Positions 1 through 8,405 of a stretch of DNA of 64,000 bases are shown here, one piece after another. Numbering within the stretch: the stretch's first letter is position 1; each line of letters begins with the position of its first letter. The translations under genes were made by a program, and so were the position numbers. Location of the stretch: IMG/VR virus record IMGVR_UViG_3300021599_000885. One strand, given 5' to 3'. The notes beneath the pieces are model-generated. The model was given only the letters and a program-made list of their open reading frames with translations. It was not told the DNA's origin and made no database searches. Source of the DNA: a virus.

Positions 1-388
1 GTCCTGTTACATCCTCATAGTCTTGTAGTTTACCATGTTTGAAGTGAAGTTTCAACCTAGGCCAATCTTCCCATTTACCCTTCCATTGTTCTGGGTATAT
101 TTCAATGTATTTTGTAATAATGTGAACAGCAAACTTACCGTGCTTTCCTGTAGGTATCCACTCATAGTTTAAGAAAAGATGTTTATCATTATATCGTGGA
201 TCATCTTTTTCAATAACCTCAAATGTAGAAGTTCCTTTATAATCACCACACCACAAATAACCAGCAGGATCTATCCAGAAGTGAGTCATGGTTCCACTAT
301 AACCTTCCTCAATATCTTTGGTTTGGTTTATATCCATGAAAGGTTCTGGTAGGGGATAACTACTCTTCACCCAGTCAAACATTCCCAT
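1..388 (-). CDS. hypothetical phage protein, partial (runs off left edge)
   Basis: ATG at 388 (MGMFDWVKSSYPLPEPF...), open to the window edge; GGAG RBS upstream; not in ORF track. Confidence 0.75.
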   Translation of the reverse strand, partial: MGMFDWVKSSYPLPEPFMDINQTKDIEEGYSGTMTHFWIDPAGYLWCGDYKGTSTFEVIEKDDPRYNDKHLFLNYEWIPTGKHGKFAVHIITKYIEIYPEQWKGKWEDWPRLKLHFKHGKLQDYEDVTG

Positions 389-403
389 TAGATTTTCTCC
401 AAA

Positions 404-625
404 TCACAGCAGGTTAGGGCATTTAGTAGCAACAACAGCAAGGGCAGTGACTTCAATCGCAGGAGATTTGTTAATAACTTTCCTCACATTATTCCCACCA
501 AACTTATCATTTGCTTTGGAATAGGCAATAAGAACAGACTTAAGAGTATCCATACCCTGTGCTTTCGCAGCACAGAAGTCACCAGCAACAAAATTAAGTA
601 ATGTGAGTAGTGTGAGTTCGGTCAT
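404..625 (-). CDS. hypothetical protein
   Basis: 73 aa ORF in tightly packed co-oriented array. Confidence 0.65.
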   Translation of the reverse strand: MTELTLLTLLNFVAGDFCAAKAQGMDTLKSVLIAYSKANDKFGGNNVRKVINKSPAIEVTALAVVATKCPNLL

Positions 626-810
626 TGTCTTAGGTAGTTTGTTTTTTCTGTATCAAAATAAGTCCATTTTGCTATTTTAAGGCACATCCGAATTGTTTGA
701 TGTTCACGAGCATACAATTCCCAGTCACCTTTACACATAGCATTGTATCGCCTTTGATAGGCACATTGCCAAACATCACGAAAGATTTTATCTTTTTCAG
801 TCAAAGACAT
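622..810 (-). CDS. hypothetical protein
   Basis: 62 aa, ATGA overlap with next gene. Confidence 0.65.
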   Translation of the reverse strand: MSLTEKDKIFRDVWQCAYQRRYNAMCKGDWELYAREHQTIRMCLKIAKWTYFDTEKTNYLRQ

Positions 811-986
811 ATCTTTTCACCACAAATCCACTGCTTTCCATTACGATGGAGTTCATAATAACCAATCCAGTCACGCTTCACATAAAGATAATGTGTGCCG
901 TCTTCTCTCTCACAAATAAAGTCACACTTGTGAGGAGAATAGAGACGAAGTTCAATTACCTTGTCGTTTTTGTTCAGCATATTCAA
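801..986 (-). CDS. hypothetical protein
   Basis: 61 aa, overlaps neighbours in operon fashion. Confidence 0.55.
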   Translation of the reverse strand: MNMLNKNDKVIELRLYSPHKCDFICEREDGTHYLYVKRDWIGYYELHRNGKQWICGEKICL

Positions 987-1095
987 TCACAATTTTCTTG
1001 TGCTCTTTATACTTATCAGTTACAAGAACGGTGTAAAGTTTTCCACCAAGTTCTTCTGCTACTGTTTCCAGCAGGGTTTGTTGTTCAGGAGTCAT
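952..1095 (-). CDS. hypothetical protein (47 aa, MTPEQQTLLETVAEELGGK...)
   Basis: read manually; fills gap between neighbours. Confidence 0.6.
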   Translation of the reverse strand: MTPEQQTLLETVAEELGGKLYTVLVTDKYKEHKKIVIEYAEQKRQGN

Positions 1096-1096
1096 A

Positions 1097-1348
1097 TTAA
1101 GAAATAGATTTTAAACCGTCAATAACTTCTTGAAACTTATCGGCACGGGTCTTATGCTCCGCAACATTTTGTCCAAGCACATCCACAATATCGTCCAGGA
1201 TTACATCCACTGGAGCATCAGTATCAAAGTATTGTTGGATTGCTTCGGAAAGATATCTCCTCCGACTCCATTCCATACTGTAGGGTTTGTAGTCCATGAC
1301 GATAGAGTATTTGCTAGGTATTATAGGGTCTTTAATCTTCATTGTCAA
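1097..1348 (-). CDS. hypothetical protein
   Basis: 83 aa ORF in array. Confidence 0.65.
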   Translation of the reverse strand: MTMKIKDPIIPSKYSIVMDYKPYSMEWSRRRYLSEAIQQYFDTDAPVDVILDDIVDVLGQNVAEHKTRADKFQEVIDGLKSIS

Positions 1349-1550
1349 GCTCTCTCAAGTAATCAGTCCACCAATCAGGATCTTTCTGCATTTTCCAGTT
1401 AGGAACATCAAGACCACGCTCAAAATACCACTGCCAGATTGCCTGCTCAATTATTTCTTTTGTTTCAATAATCTTCGCCTTCCTCATCAGAGTCTCCATA
1501 TGGGTCTTCCACATAAGGTCCGTGTGGTCGTTTGGCGTCATCTCTGACAT
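1332..1550 (-). CDS. hypothetical protein
   Basis: ORF in array; start uncertain. Confidence 0.5.
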   Translation of the reverse strand: MSEMTPNDHTDLMWKTHMETLMRKAKIIETKEIIEQAIWQWYFERGLDVPNWKMQKDPDWWTDYLRELDNED

Positions 1551-1656
1551 ACTTCTGCTCCATATTAACAGTAGCAATCCATACTGAGAGTTTCATCACT
1601 AACCATATCGTAAAAAGGGGTAAAAAACAGAGTGATAAAATTATAACATTTTTCAT
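1465..1656 (-). CDS. small membrane protein
   Basis: N-terminal hydrophobic helix, acidic tail; ATGA coupling to upstream gene. Confidence 0.6.
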   Translation of the reverse strand: MKNVIILSLCFLPLFTIWLVMKLSVWIATVNMEQKYVRDDAKRPHGPYVEDPYGDSDEEGEDY

Positions 1657-2240
1657 ACAAATACATGCGATATTGCATTAAAACTAACAACTATTCGGTT
1701 ATCCATACTATTATCAAAGGAACCATGTTTCAACCAACCAGGAAATAGTATTAGGTCACAATTCTTTGGTTGTATCCAAAAAGTTTCATAGTTGTACCAG
1801 TTTCTCTCCAAGTAGAACTGGTTTGAAATATATGGGTTTGGTGTTGAGAAGTTTAGTTTTCCCCCCTCTTCAGTTATATTTAAGTACAAAGCACCAGAAA
1901 CTTCAGCATTTGGATGCGTATGATACTTCAATACACTATTAGAGTTCTGTATATTTGCCCAGGTATTAAAAATCTTAAGAGGTGGCAAACCAAATATCTT
2001 ACCATACTCATTTACAGACTGCTCTAAACGGTTCAGTAACTGTTTACCTAAGTCCTTATTGATTTCTTTCTTGTAGTAGTGTGTAGAAGAAGCGTCACCA
2101 GACAGTGCTGAATGTTGATGATACTTTGCATTTTTTAGTTTGTCACACAATCTTACCCTTTCTTCATCATTGATGAAGTTTGAAATATGTGATACTGGAA
2201 CAGGAAATGCTTCTATCAGTTTCTTGTCTTCGTCATTCAT
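1653..2240 (-). CDS. 2OG-Fe(II) oxygenase (TIGR02466-like)
   Basis: WANI..HTHPN..SGALY..LILFPGWLKH..RIVVSFN motifs. Confidence 0.9.
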   Translation of the reverse strand: MNDEDKKLIEAFPVPVSHISNFINDEERVRLCDKLKNAKYHQHSALSGDASSTHYYKKEINKDLGKQLLNRLEQSVNEYGKIFGLPPLKIFNTWANIQNSNSVLKYHTHPNAEVSGALYLNITEEGGKLNFSTPNPYISNQFYLERNWYNYETFWIQPKNCDLILFPGWLKHGSFDNSMDNRIVVSFNAISHVFV

Positions 2241-2437
2241 TCTTCAATCTCCCAGCATTTTTGGAACTTATCTCTCAACTCATTGATTTTAACATTATGT
2301 TGAAACTCCATAATGTGATCTTTTATTTCCTTCTCCTCATCAGTAAAGTCCATACGATATTTAAGTTTAGTATCAACAAGACGCACCATTTCCATATAGA
2401 ACTCAGTGCCTTTGTGAATAAACTCTTCGTAGGTCAT
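2237..2437 (-). CDS. hypothetical protein
   Basis: 66 aa, translationally coupled. Confidence 0.65.
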   Translation of the reverse strand: MTYEEFIHKGTEFYMEMVRLVDTKLKYRMDFTDEEKEIKDHIMEFQHNVKINELRDKFQKCWEIEE

Positions 2438-2676
2438 TCAAACAAACCGTTATCTTTCATATACTGAAGTGTTTCTTTCATACCACCAACATGCTTAAAC
2501 CCAATATTAATTTGAGGGTATTCAGCATCAGAACCAAACTCTGCTTCAAATCCTCTTTGAGTGAAGTGTTGGTTCAACTTATATTCAAGAAACTCACCAC
2601 CAAGTGCTCTTAAGAGCATACCAATACGCTCACACTCTTGACTTCCGTTAGAATAAATTACTGCTGTTTCAGTCAC
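2434..2676 (-). CDS. glutaredoxin-like protein (degenerate active site SQEC)
   Basis: AVIYS..QEC, F..EFG..AEYPQI..G.KHVGG thioredoxin-fold pattern; GTG start at 2676 chosen. Confidence 0.75.
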   Translation of the reverse strand: MTETAVIYSNGSQECERIGMLLRALGGEFLEYKLNQHFTQRGFEAEFGSDAEYPQINIGFKHVGGMKETLQYMKDNGLFE

Positions 2677-2986
2677 GCTGCCTCCAATCAGTTTCGTCAT
2701 CGTCTCTCTTAAACCAGTCAAGAAGATCGTCTGGACTATCAAAACCACGACGACCAAATCGCTCATGTCCTAAACCACCAATATCAAGTTGGTTCATAAA
2801 GTCATCCATATCGTCCATATCAGGATTCTCTGCTCTTCTTCTTGCCTGACGAAGTATTGTTGCAGCAGAACGATTAGACTTAGCAAGTTTTTCTGCCCAA
2901 ATCATATCTTCCAAACTCACTTCTTCGTGTAGAACAATCTTCTCACAAATTGCTTCAAGACGAAGACGATATTGCGTAGAGAGCAT
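2669..2986 (-). CDS. conserved cyanophage hypothetical protein
   Basis: MLSTQYRLRLEAIC... 105 aa. Confidence 0.75.
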   Translation of the reverse strand: MLSTQYRLRLEAICEKIVLHEEVSLEDMIWAEKLAKSNRSAATILRQARRRAENPDMDDMDDFMNQLDIGGLGHERFGRRGFDSPDDLLDWFKRDDDETDWRQRD

Positions 2987-3005
2987 ACTTTACTCCTGGT
3001 ATGGT

Positions 3006-3242
3006 CTATTTATTTTCATCAAAGTATTTCTGTAACTCTTTAGCGAGTTTCATAGAACGACGCCACATTAGATATTTTACCACAGGATTACGGGGATTGT
3101 GCGTAATCCACCACCACTGACGCTGAATGTATGCTTTTGCTAACCTATACACATAATAAAAAGCAGCGGCAACGCTCTCATCAGTTACGATGAAATACGC
3201 AGCCACTGCGAAAACAAACAGTAGAAATAGTTGATAGTTCAT
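3006..3242 (-). CDS. hypothetical membrane protein
   Basis: hydrophobic N-terminus, 78 aa. Confidence 0.65.
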   Translation of the reverse strand: MNYQLFLLFVFAVAAYFIVTDESVAAAFYYVYRLAKAYIQRQWWWITHNPRNPVVKYLMWRRSMKLAKELQKYFDENK

Positions 3243-3418
3243 GTACTAAACTCCTCACCTCTACGGGAGTTTAGATACTCAAGAACTTCTTGTCTCCATT
3301 CAAGTAACTCATTGTAACACTTTTGGTTGTGAGCACACTGTCTCAACTCATGGTCTGGTTTCAATACACTTTCAATAAACAATCCAAGAGCATCCTTGCG
3401 TTTTTGTTCTTTGTTCAT
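3239..3418 (-). CDS. hypothetical protein (59 aa, MNKEQKRKDALGLFIESV...)
   Basis: read manually; preceded by TAAATA at 3438-3443. Confidence 0.65.
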   Translation of the reverse strand: MNKEQKRKDALGLFIESVLKPDHELRQCAHNQKCYNELLEWRQEVLEYLNSRRGEEFST

Positions 3419-3445
3419 GAGTTGCTTTCAGTTATAGTATTTAAA

Positions 3446-3673
3446 CTACTTCTTCTTGGACTTTTTGATTTCCTTAAGAATGTAGCTCTTGGCGGCAGTA
3501 TAGTTTCGTGCTTCATGAACAACAGAACCATTGTTAATGATAGCAAAACCTTTAGAACCAATGATGGGAACCGCTGCCCACATTCCATCATTGGTTACAT
3601 AACCTTCAGGATCTCCTGTCTTTGGGTCAAGAATACCAGGACGATCGATGAAAGGTTTTTGAAATTTACCCAT
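3446..3673 (-). CDS. hypothetical protein
   Basis: 75 aa, TAATG coupling. Confidence 0.7.
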   Translation of the reverse strand: MGKFQKPFIDRPGILDPKTGDPEGYVTNDGMWAAVPIIGSKGFAIINNGSVVHEARNYTAAKSYILKEIKKSKKK

Positions 3674-3813
3674 TAGAATACAGCGGTAACGCCAATAACT
3701 TTAGCATTAGGATTACGGGCAAGTGCTACCTTTCGTGCTTCTTGATAGTCACGACAGATTACTTCCTCATAGAAGACTTGACCAGCAACAAAGAGTTGAA
3801 CTCGGCACTTCAT
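3673..3813 (-). CDS. conserved small cyanophage protein (46 aa, MKCRVQLFVAGQVFYEEV...)
   Basis: read manually; AGGA RBS and TATAAT upstream. Confidence 0.7.
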   Translation of the reverse strand: MKCRVQLFVAGQVFYEEVICRDYQEARKVALARNPNAKVIGVTAVF

Positions 3814-3851
3814 GGTAGTTTCCTTTCGGTGTTGGTATTATAGCAGAAAAG

Positions 3852-5021
3852 TCAGCGACGCACAACAGATACAGCAGGCAAACCCTGTTGGAAAACGGTG
3901 TCTACGACCGCTTGGACGCTCTTGGCGGTGCTGATGCCCACCTTATCGTAGACAGGCACACAGACGAGTCCAAAGGTCTTCTGAGCGCCTCCAAGACGGA
4001 TCACACGCCCGATAGACTGAGAGATTCCAATGTAGTCCATGTTACGCATAAACAGGACTGCCTCAAGTCCAGAGACATTGATACCTTCAGACAGAATAGA
4101 GTGGTGAAGAACCACAAACTTCTTGGAAGGATCTTTGCCCCAAGCATTCAGGGTATCAAAGAATACTTCACGGTTGACTTTCTGACCGTCAATAACACCA
4201 CCAGTCTTAGCAGTGATATACATGCAGGAATAACCACGCTCAGTCAACTCCTTACGGAAGTCAGACTCACTCAGCAGTTTGATAATCTGTTTGGTAGAAC
4301 GAGCACAGATCAGAATCTTACCCAGATCATTGTCGTCAATAGTATCCAGAAGATTCTGAGAGTCACGGTCAGCAATCATCTGTTTGTCCTGAACCATCTC
4401 AAGTTGCTTCACAACAACCTTAGGAGGAAGAATGTAACCTTCCTCAACCAACTTAGGAGCAGGAACATTACAGATGACTTTACCGTAGACTTCTACATCA
4501 TTCATCCCAGGCTTGGAAACAGTAAGAGAATGCTTAGGAGTAGCAGTGAAGAAATAGCAGCGGTTAGCAGTAGAAGAGAAGTGCTCCGTAGCAGGGAAAA
4601 AGTTACGTTGGACGGAATTGTGCGCTTCATCAAAGTAAATGCAGTCAACGTTGATGTCCGCCTCTTGAAGACGGGGCAGAGAGTGATAGGTAGTGAAGAT
4701 CAGTTGCTTGCGATATGCTTGCTTAGACCAGTTGTGAATAATAGCAGGGCGAGTGCTGCTGAAGTGATGAGTCTCACCACTATGAACGTGCATCACAGCA
4801 ACATCAGTGTGAAATTCAAGAAACTCAGCAGAGAGTTGCTCGGCAAGCAGGATACGAGGAGCAACTACAACAATGACTCCAGCATCATAAGCATTCAGAT
4901 AATCAAGAGAATCCTTGATCATGCACATAGTCTTACCACCGCCCGTAGGAACGATGATTTGACCCTTCTCAAACGCCAGCATAGCGTCAGTAGCATCCTG
5001 CTGGTGGGGACGGAGTTGCAT
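3852..5021 (-). CDS. superfamily-2 DEAH helicase (type III restriction Res-subunit-like)
   Basis: LRPHQ Q-motif, PTGGGKT, DEAH, TATP, LSEGINV, QSIGRVIR; start MQLRPHQ at 5021 after GAGG. Confidence 0.9.
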   Translation of the reverse strand: MQLRPHQQDATDAMLAFEKGQIIVPTGGGKTMCMIKDSLDYLNAYDAGVIVVVAPRILLAEQLSAEFLEFHTDVAVMHVHSGETHHFSSTRPAIIHNWSKQAYRKQLIFTTYHSLPRLQEADINVDCIYFDEAHNSVQRNFFPATEHFSSTANRCYFFTATPKHSLTVSKPGMNDVEVYGKVICNVPAPKLVEEGYILPPKVVVKQLEMVQDKQMIADRDSQNLLDTIDDNDLGKILICARSTKQIIKLLSESDFRKELTERGYSCMYITAKTGGVIDGQKVNREVFFDTLNAWGKDPSKKFVVLHHSILSEGINVSGLEAVLFMRNMDYIGISQSIGRVIRLGGAQKTFGLVCVPVYDKVGISTAKSVQAVVDTVFQQGLPAVSVVRR

Positions 5022-5167
5022 CACTTCCTCATCGACGATAGACTTATTATAGCACGGAGGGGACTCTACCGATGAACCCTGTGCCAGTTTCATAACTGTC
5101 CCTTTAAGAGCTCATACTCTCATCTTCAACCGGGACAAAGGTAGTCTACAGGGTTTTTATGAGTTCG

Positions 5168-5533
5168 TCAAGTGTTTTCTTTCCAGTCACTAATATGACT
5201 CAACTCATGCTTAGTTTCCTCATCAAAACTATCAACAATAGTTTCATATTCATCCTCTGCCCATTTTCTATCTGATTCTTCCCATTTACCTAAGGGACAA
5301 GAAGCAGCAGAGAACTTTACTTTAGCAGCAAGAAAGCAACCACATTCTTTACATCTGTGTTGAATATCATCATAGGCAGGACAAGCCCTACAGGTGTTTA
5401 TTCTTGCTCTCTGGATACCTTCAGACACGGCAACAGATGCTGTACCTTCAGCAAATGCTTTTCTTGCTATCTGTAGAGCAAAAGAAGCTAAGTTCTTACC
5501 TTGTTGTGATAAAGAAGGATACTCGTTTTCCAT
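5168..5533 (-). CDS. Cys-rich small protein (DUF6171-like)
   Basis: R..TC.AC......RCKECGCFL..K......CPLGKW. Confidence 0.75.
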   Translation of the reverse strand: MENEYPSLSQQGKNLASFALQIARKAFAEGTASVAVSEGIQRARINTCRACPAYDDIQHRCKECGCFLAAKVKFSAASCPLGKWEESDRKWAEDEYETIVDSFDEETKHELSHISDWKENT

Positions 5534-5560
5534 TACAAACCATCATCTAGTTTATGTATC

Positions 5561-6739
5561 TTACTTCAGACCAAGGTATGCAGAGTCAACTCCATTAGCA
5601 GTATCAATAGTATATCCAGAACCTGCTACTGCTCTACCTGCCGTTCCTCCTAATGTACCTGAAGCACCTGCCAATCCATTTGTGCGGTTTCCGTTAACAC
5701 CAGTATTTCCAGTATCACCATTTTCACCATTTTGTCCCCAAGTTCCACCATCTCCACCATCTCCACCTTTTCCACCAGCTCCTGCATTAGTTCCACCAGC
5801 AGAACCACCTACACCAGTTCCACCAAATGTTCTGGACTGTAGGTAACCTTGACCCAATCCGCCATCTGCGCCATCACCGCCAGCACCACCGTCTGTATTA
5901 ACAGTATAAGATACTGTTCTATCATAGAAACAGCAGAAACATTCTCCAGGGGTTCCTAATGCTCCACCACAGCAGTTATCTCCATTACCTTGTCTGCCGC
6001 TACAATACTGTCCACCGGGGCAACCACAATTACCAGGACCACCTCTACTATATCCAGTTCCTACTCGTTCTGTATAACTGACAGTATATTGACCTCCACC
6101 ACCTGTTCCACCATCTCCACCACCTCCGCCGCCACCGCCGCCGCCGTAGACTTGTGCAGAGGCACCAGAAGTCCTTACAGTAACTGTTCCGGTACTATTT
6201 GTGTTGATATAGAGAGCATCACCACCATCTCCACCATTTATCGTTTCTGTTCCTGCAGATCCTCCATCACCAAGTATTACTCCAGTGATAAGAAGTAATA
6301 CATTATAAACGGCAGTAGCATTTAGACTTGCTGCTGGTGTTGATGTAGTTGTTGACCCACTGGTTCCAGATAAATAAACTCTTTTTTCAATATTATATTG
6401 TAAGTTTGAATTCCAGAGTGAGGATGCTGCAATATTTAAGTTTAAATCTGTGTCAGATCCTTGTGTTAAATCATAATATTTTATAGAATTTCTAAACTGG
6501 GATAATTTTAAGTTACTTGATGTTGATATTCCACCACTCAAGGGTCCAGAAGTTCTATTTTCAGTACAATCTGGAACTATTGGTTCTGCTGTATTAACAT
6601 TCGTATTTCTTCTAAGTTCAGATGCTTTTATGTTTCCTGATGATGTCCTCTTAAAGTTAGTTCTTAGGGAACTAAAAGATATAGATCCAGAAGCATAAAA
6701 AGGACCTGTTTCACTTGTTGTCGTTCTTGTTAAAGACAT
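5561..6739 (-). CDS. Gly-rich tail-fibre adhesin (gp38-like) with Cys-rich insert
   Basis: polyglycine motifs flanking an 8-Cys insert; follows fibre genes. Confidence 0.65.
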   Translation of the reverse strand: MSLTRTTTSETGPFYASGSISFSSLRTNFKRTSSGNIKASELRRNTNVNTAEPIVPDCTENRTSGPLSGGISTSSNLKLSQFRNSIKYYDLTQGSDTDLNLNIAASSLWNSNLQYNIEKRVYLSGTSGSTTTSTPAASLNATAVYNVLLLITGVILGDGGSAGTETINGGDGGDALYINTNSTGTVTVRTSGASAQVYGGGGGGGGGGDGGTGGGGQYTVSYTERVGTGYSRGGPGNCGCPGGQYCSGRQGNGDNCCGGALGTPGECFCCFYDRTVSYTVNTDGGAGGDGADGGLGQGYLQSRTFGGTGVGGSAGGTNAGAGGKGGDGGDGGTWGQNGENGDTGNTGVNGNRTNGLAGASGTLGGTAGRAVAGSGYTIDTANGVDSAYLGLK

Positions 6740-8388
6740 TAGAATAATCGAAGTGAAGTTGAACCAACACCTGGTACAGTAAATATAACTCTGCTTGGTG
6801 ATGTTCCATAGGTTATCTGAACAAACTCAGTTCCAACACCACTACTAATAAATCCACTAGTAGAACGAACTGAGAATGATGTAACATATCCACTAGCAAC
6901 GTTCATTCCATCCGTCAATGTTAATGTATTTGCACGAATACCATTATTTACAGTTAAACCAGTATCTTGGAATCCAGAGTCAGTTCCAACACCAACATTA
7001 GTTCCTAATCCAACAAAACTAGAACCATTAAAGTTTGCACTTCCAGTTACCTTCAGTGTACTGATAGTACTAACTCCAGAAGTGGTGTAGATGTTTGATG
7101 TTATAATAGGATCTAGATTTAAAGTTCCACTAATAGAACCAGCAACAGTTAAGTTACCACCAAACCAGGCATTGCCCGTAACTGTTGATGTACCAACAAC
7201 ATGTAACTTATGGGTTGGAATCGTCTGGTTAATACCAAGATTACCATCCCATGTTAGGGTCATTCTTTCGGAGTTAGTCTGACCATAAATCCACTTAAAG
7301 TTTCCAGTGCTACCAGCACCAGTACCATTGTGGAGTACAGTTCTAATATCTCCGGTATCATTGTTGATTAACTCTAGAGTCTTGCTTAAGTTACCAAATC
7401 TTAAAATAGCATTGCTGTTCCCAATACCTATAGACTGACCAATACTAATTCTAGATTGACTATCAGTAGAGATAACCTCAAGTAATGTAGCATTTGACTT
7501 TCTAATTTGGAAGTCTGATGTTGGTTCTGCTGTTCCTACTCCAATTCTTCCAGAGTCTAGTGCTGCAAAAGAAGTTCCACCAGTTCCAACGTGCAATAGT
7601 TTGGTAACAGTAGTGATACCAGATGGTGTTGCTGTAACTTCAATAGAATCTACTACAAGTTTAGATGCAGTTACTACTCCAACAGTAATATTTGGAGTTC
7701 CAATTAGTCCTCTTGCGGTTGTAGCAATACCAACGACATTTCCAGTTAAATCGCCAACAAATGTTGTTGCAGTAACGATACCACTATCAACAGTAACTGT
7801 ACCTACTTTTAGTGATGTGAATGTTGAAACTCCAGTAGAATAAACATCACCAACTAAACCACCTCTGAAAGTCCCATAGAAGTCAGATGCTGTTATGATA
7901 CCAGTTGCCTTAATACTTCCAGTTGAGTTAATACCAATACCATTTTGCGTATTTGGATTACCTCCAATTTGAAATACATATCTTGGATCTGTTGTTGCTA
8001 CGCCAACATTTCCAGCAGCGTAAATGCTAGTAAATCCTAAACCAACATCAACATCAACCCACTGTGACGTTGGAAGGTTACTTAGAGTTGAACCATCACC
8101 ATAAAATGAAACTACACCAGATACTGCCGTAACAATACCGCTAGAACTGATTGATAGGTTACCAATAGAAGCGGAGGTTAAAGTTGTAACACCACTTACA
8201 TTTAATGTTTTACTATGAAGTTGGTCTGCTGTTGCTAGTCCAACAACTTTGGCAGTTCCTCTTACGTCCAAAACTTCAGTTGGAATCGTGGTGCCGATTC
8301 CAACCAAACCGTTTGAATTTACAACTAAGTTATCATAATCAACCTGGACGCCATTACGAAAATTAAACGACTTTCTATAATCTGCCAT
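6739..8388 (-). CDS. tail fibre / virion structural protein
   Basis: VGIGTT.P, GIVTA..F.G repeats typical of cyanophage fibres; TAAATA at 8407-8412. Confidence 0.8.
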   Translation of the reverse strand: MADYRKSFNFRNGVQVDYDNLVVNSNGLVGIGTTIPTEVLDVRGTAKVVGLATADQLHSKTLNVSGVTTLTSASIGNLSISSSGIVTAVSGVVSFYGDGSTLSNLPTSQWVDVDVGLGFTSIYAAGNVGVATTDPRYVFQIGGNPNTQNGIGINSTGSIKATGIITASDFYGTFRGGLVGDVYSTGVSTFTSLKVGTVTVDSGIVTATTFVGDLTGNVVGIATTARGLIGTPNITVGVVTASKLVVDSIEVTATPSGITTVTKLLHVGTGGTSFAALDSGRIGVGTAEPTSDFQIRKSNATLLEVISTDSQSRISIGQSIGIGNSNAILRFGNLSKTLELINNDTGDIRTVLHNGTGAGSTGNFKWIYGQTNSERMTLTWDGNLGINQTIPTHKLHVVGTSTVTGNAWFGGNLTVAGSISGTLNLDPIITSNIYTTSGVSTISTLKVTGSANFNGSSFVGLGTNVGVGTDSGFQDTGLTVNNGIRANTLTLTDGMNVASGYVTSFSVRSTSGFISSGVGTEFVQITYGTSPSRVIFTVPGVGSTSLRLF

Positions 8389-8405
8389 CTTAGACGGTTT
8401 TTAAG

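Noticed and set aside
3888-5075. 395-aa plus-strand ORF
   Set aside because: Codon-register antisense shadow of the helicase; no motifs or RBS.
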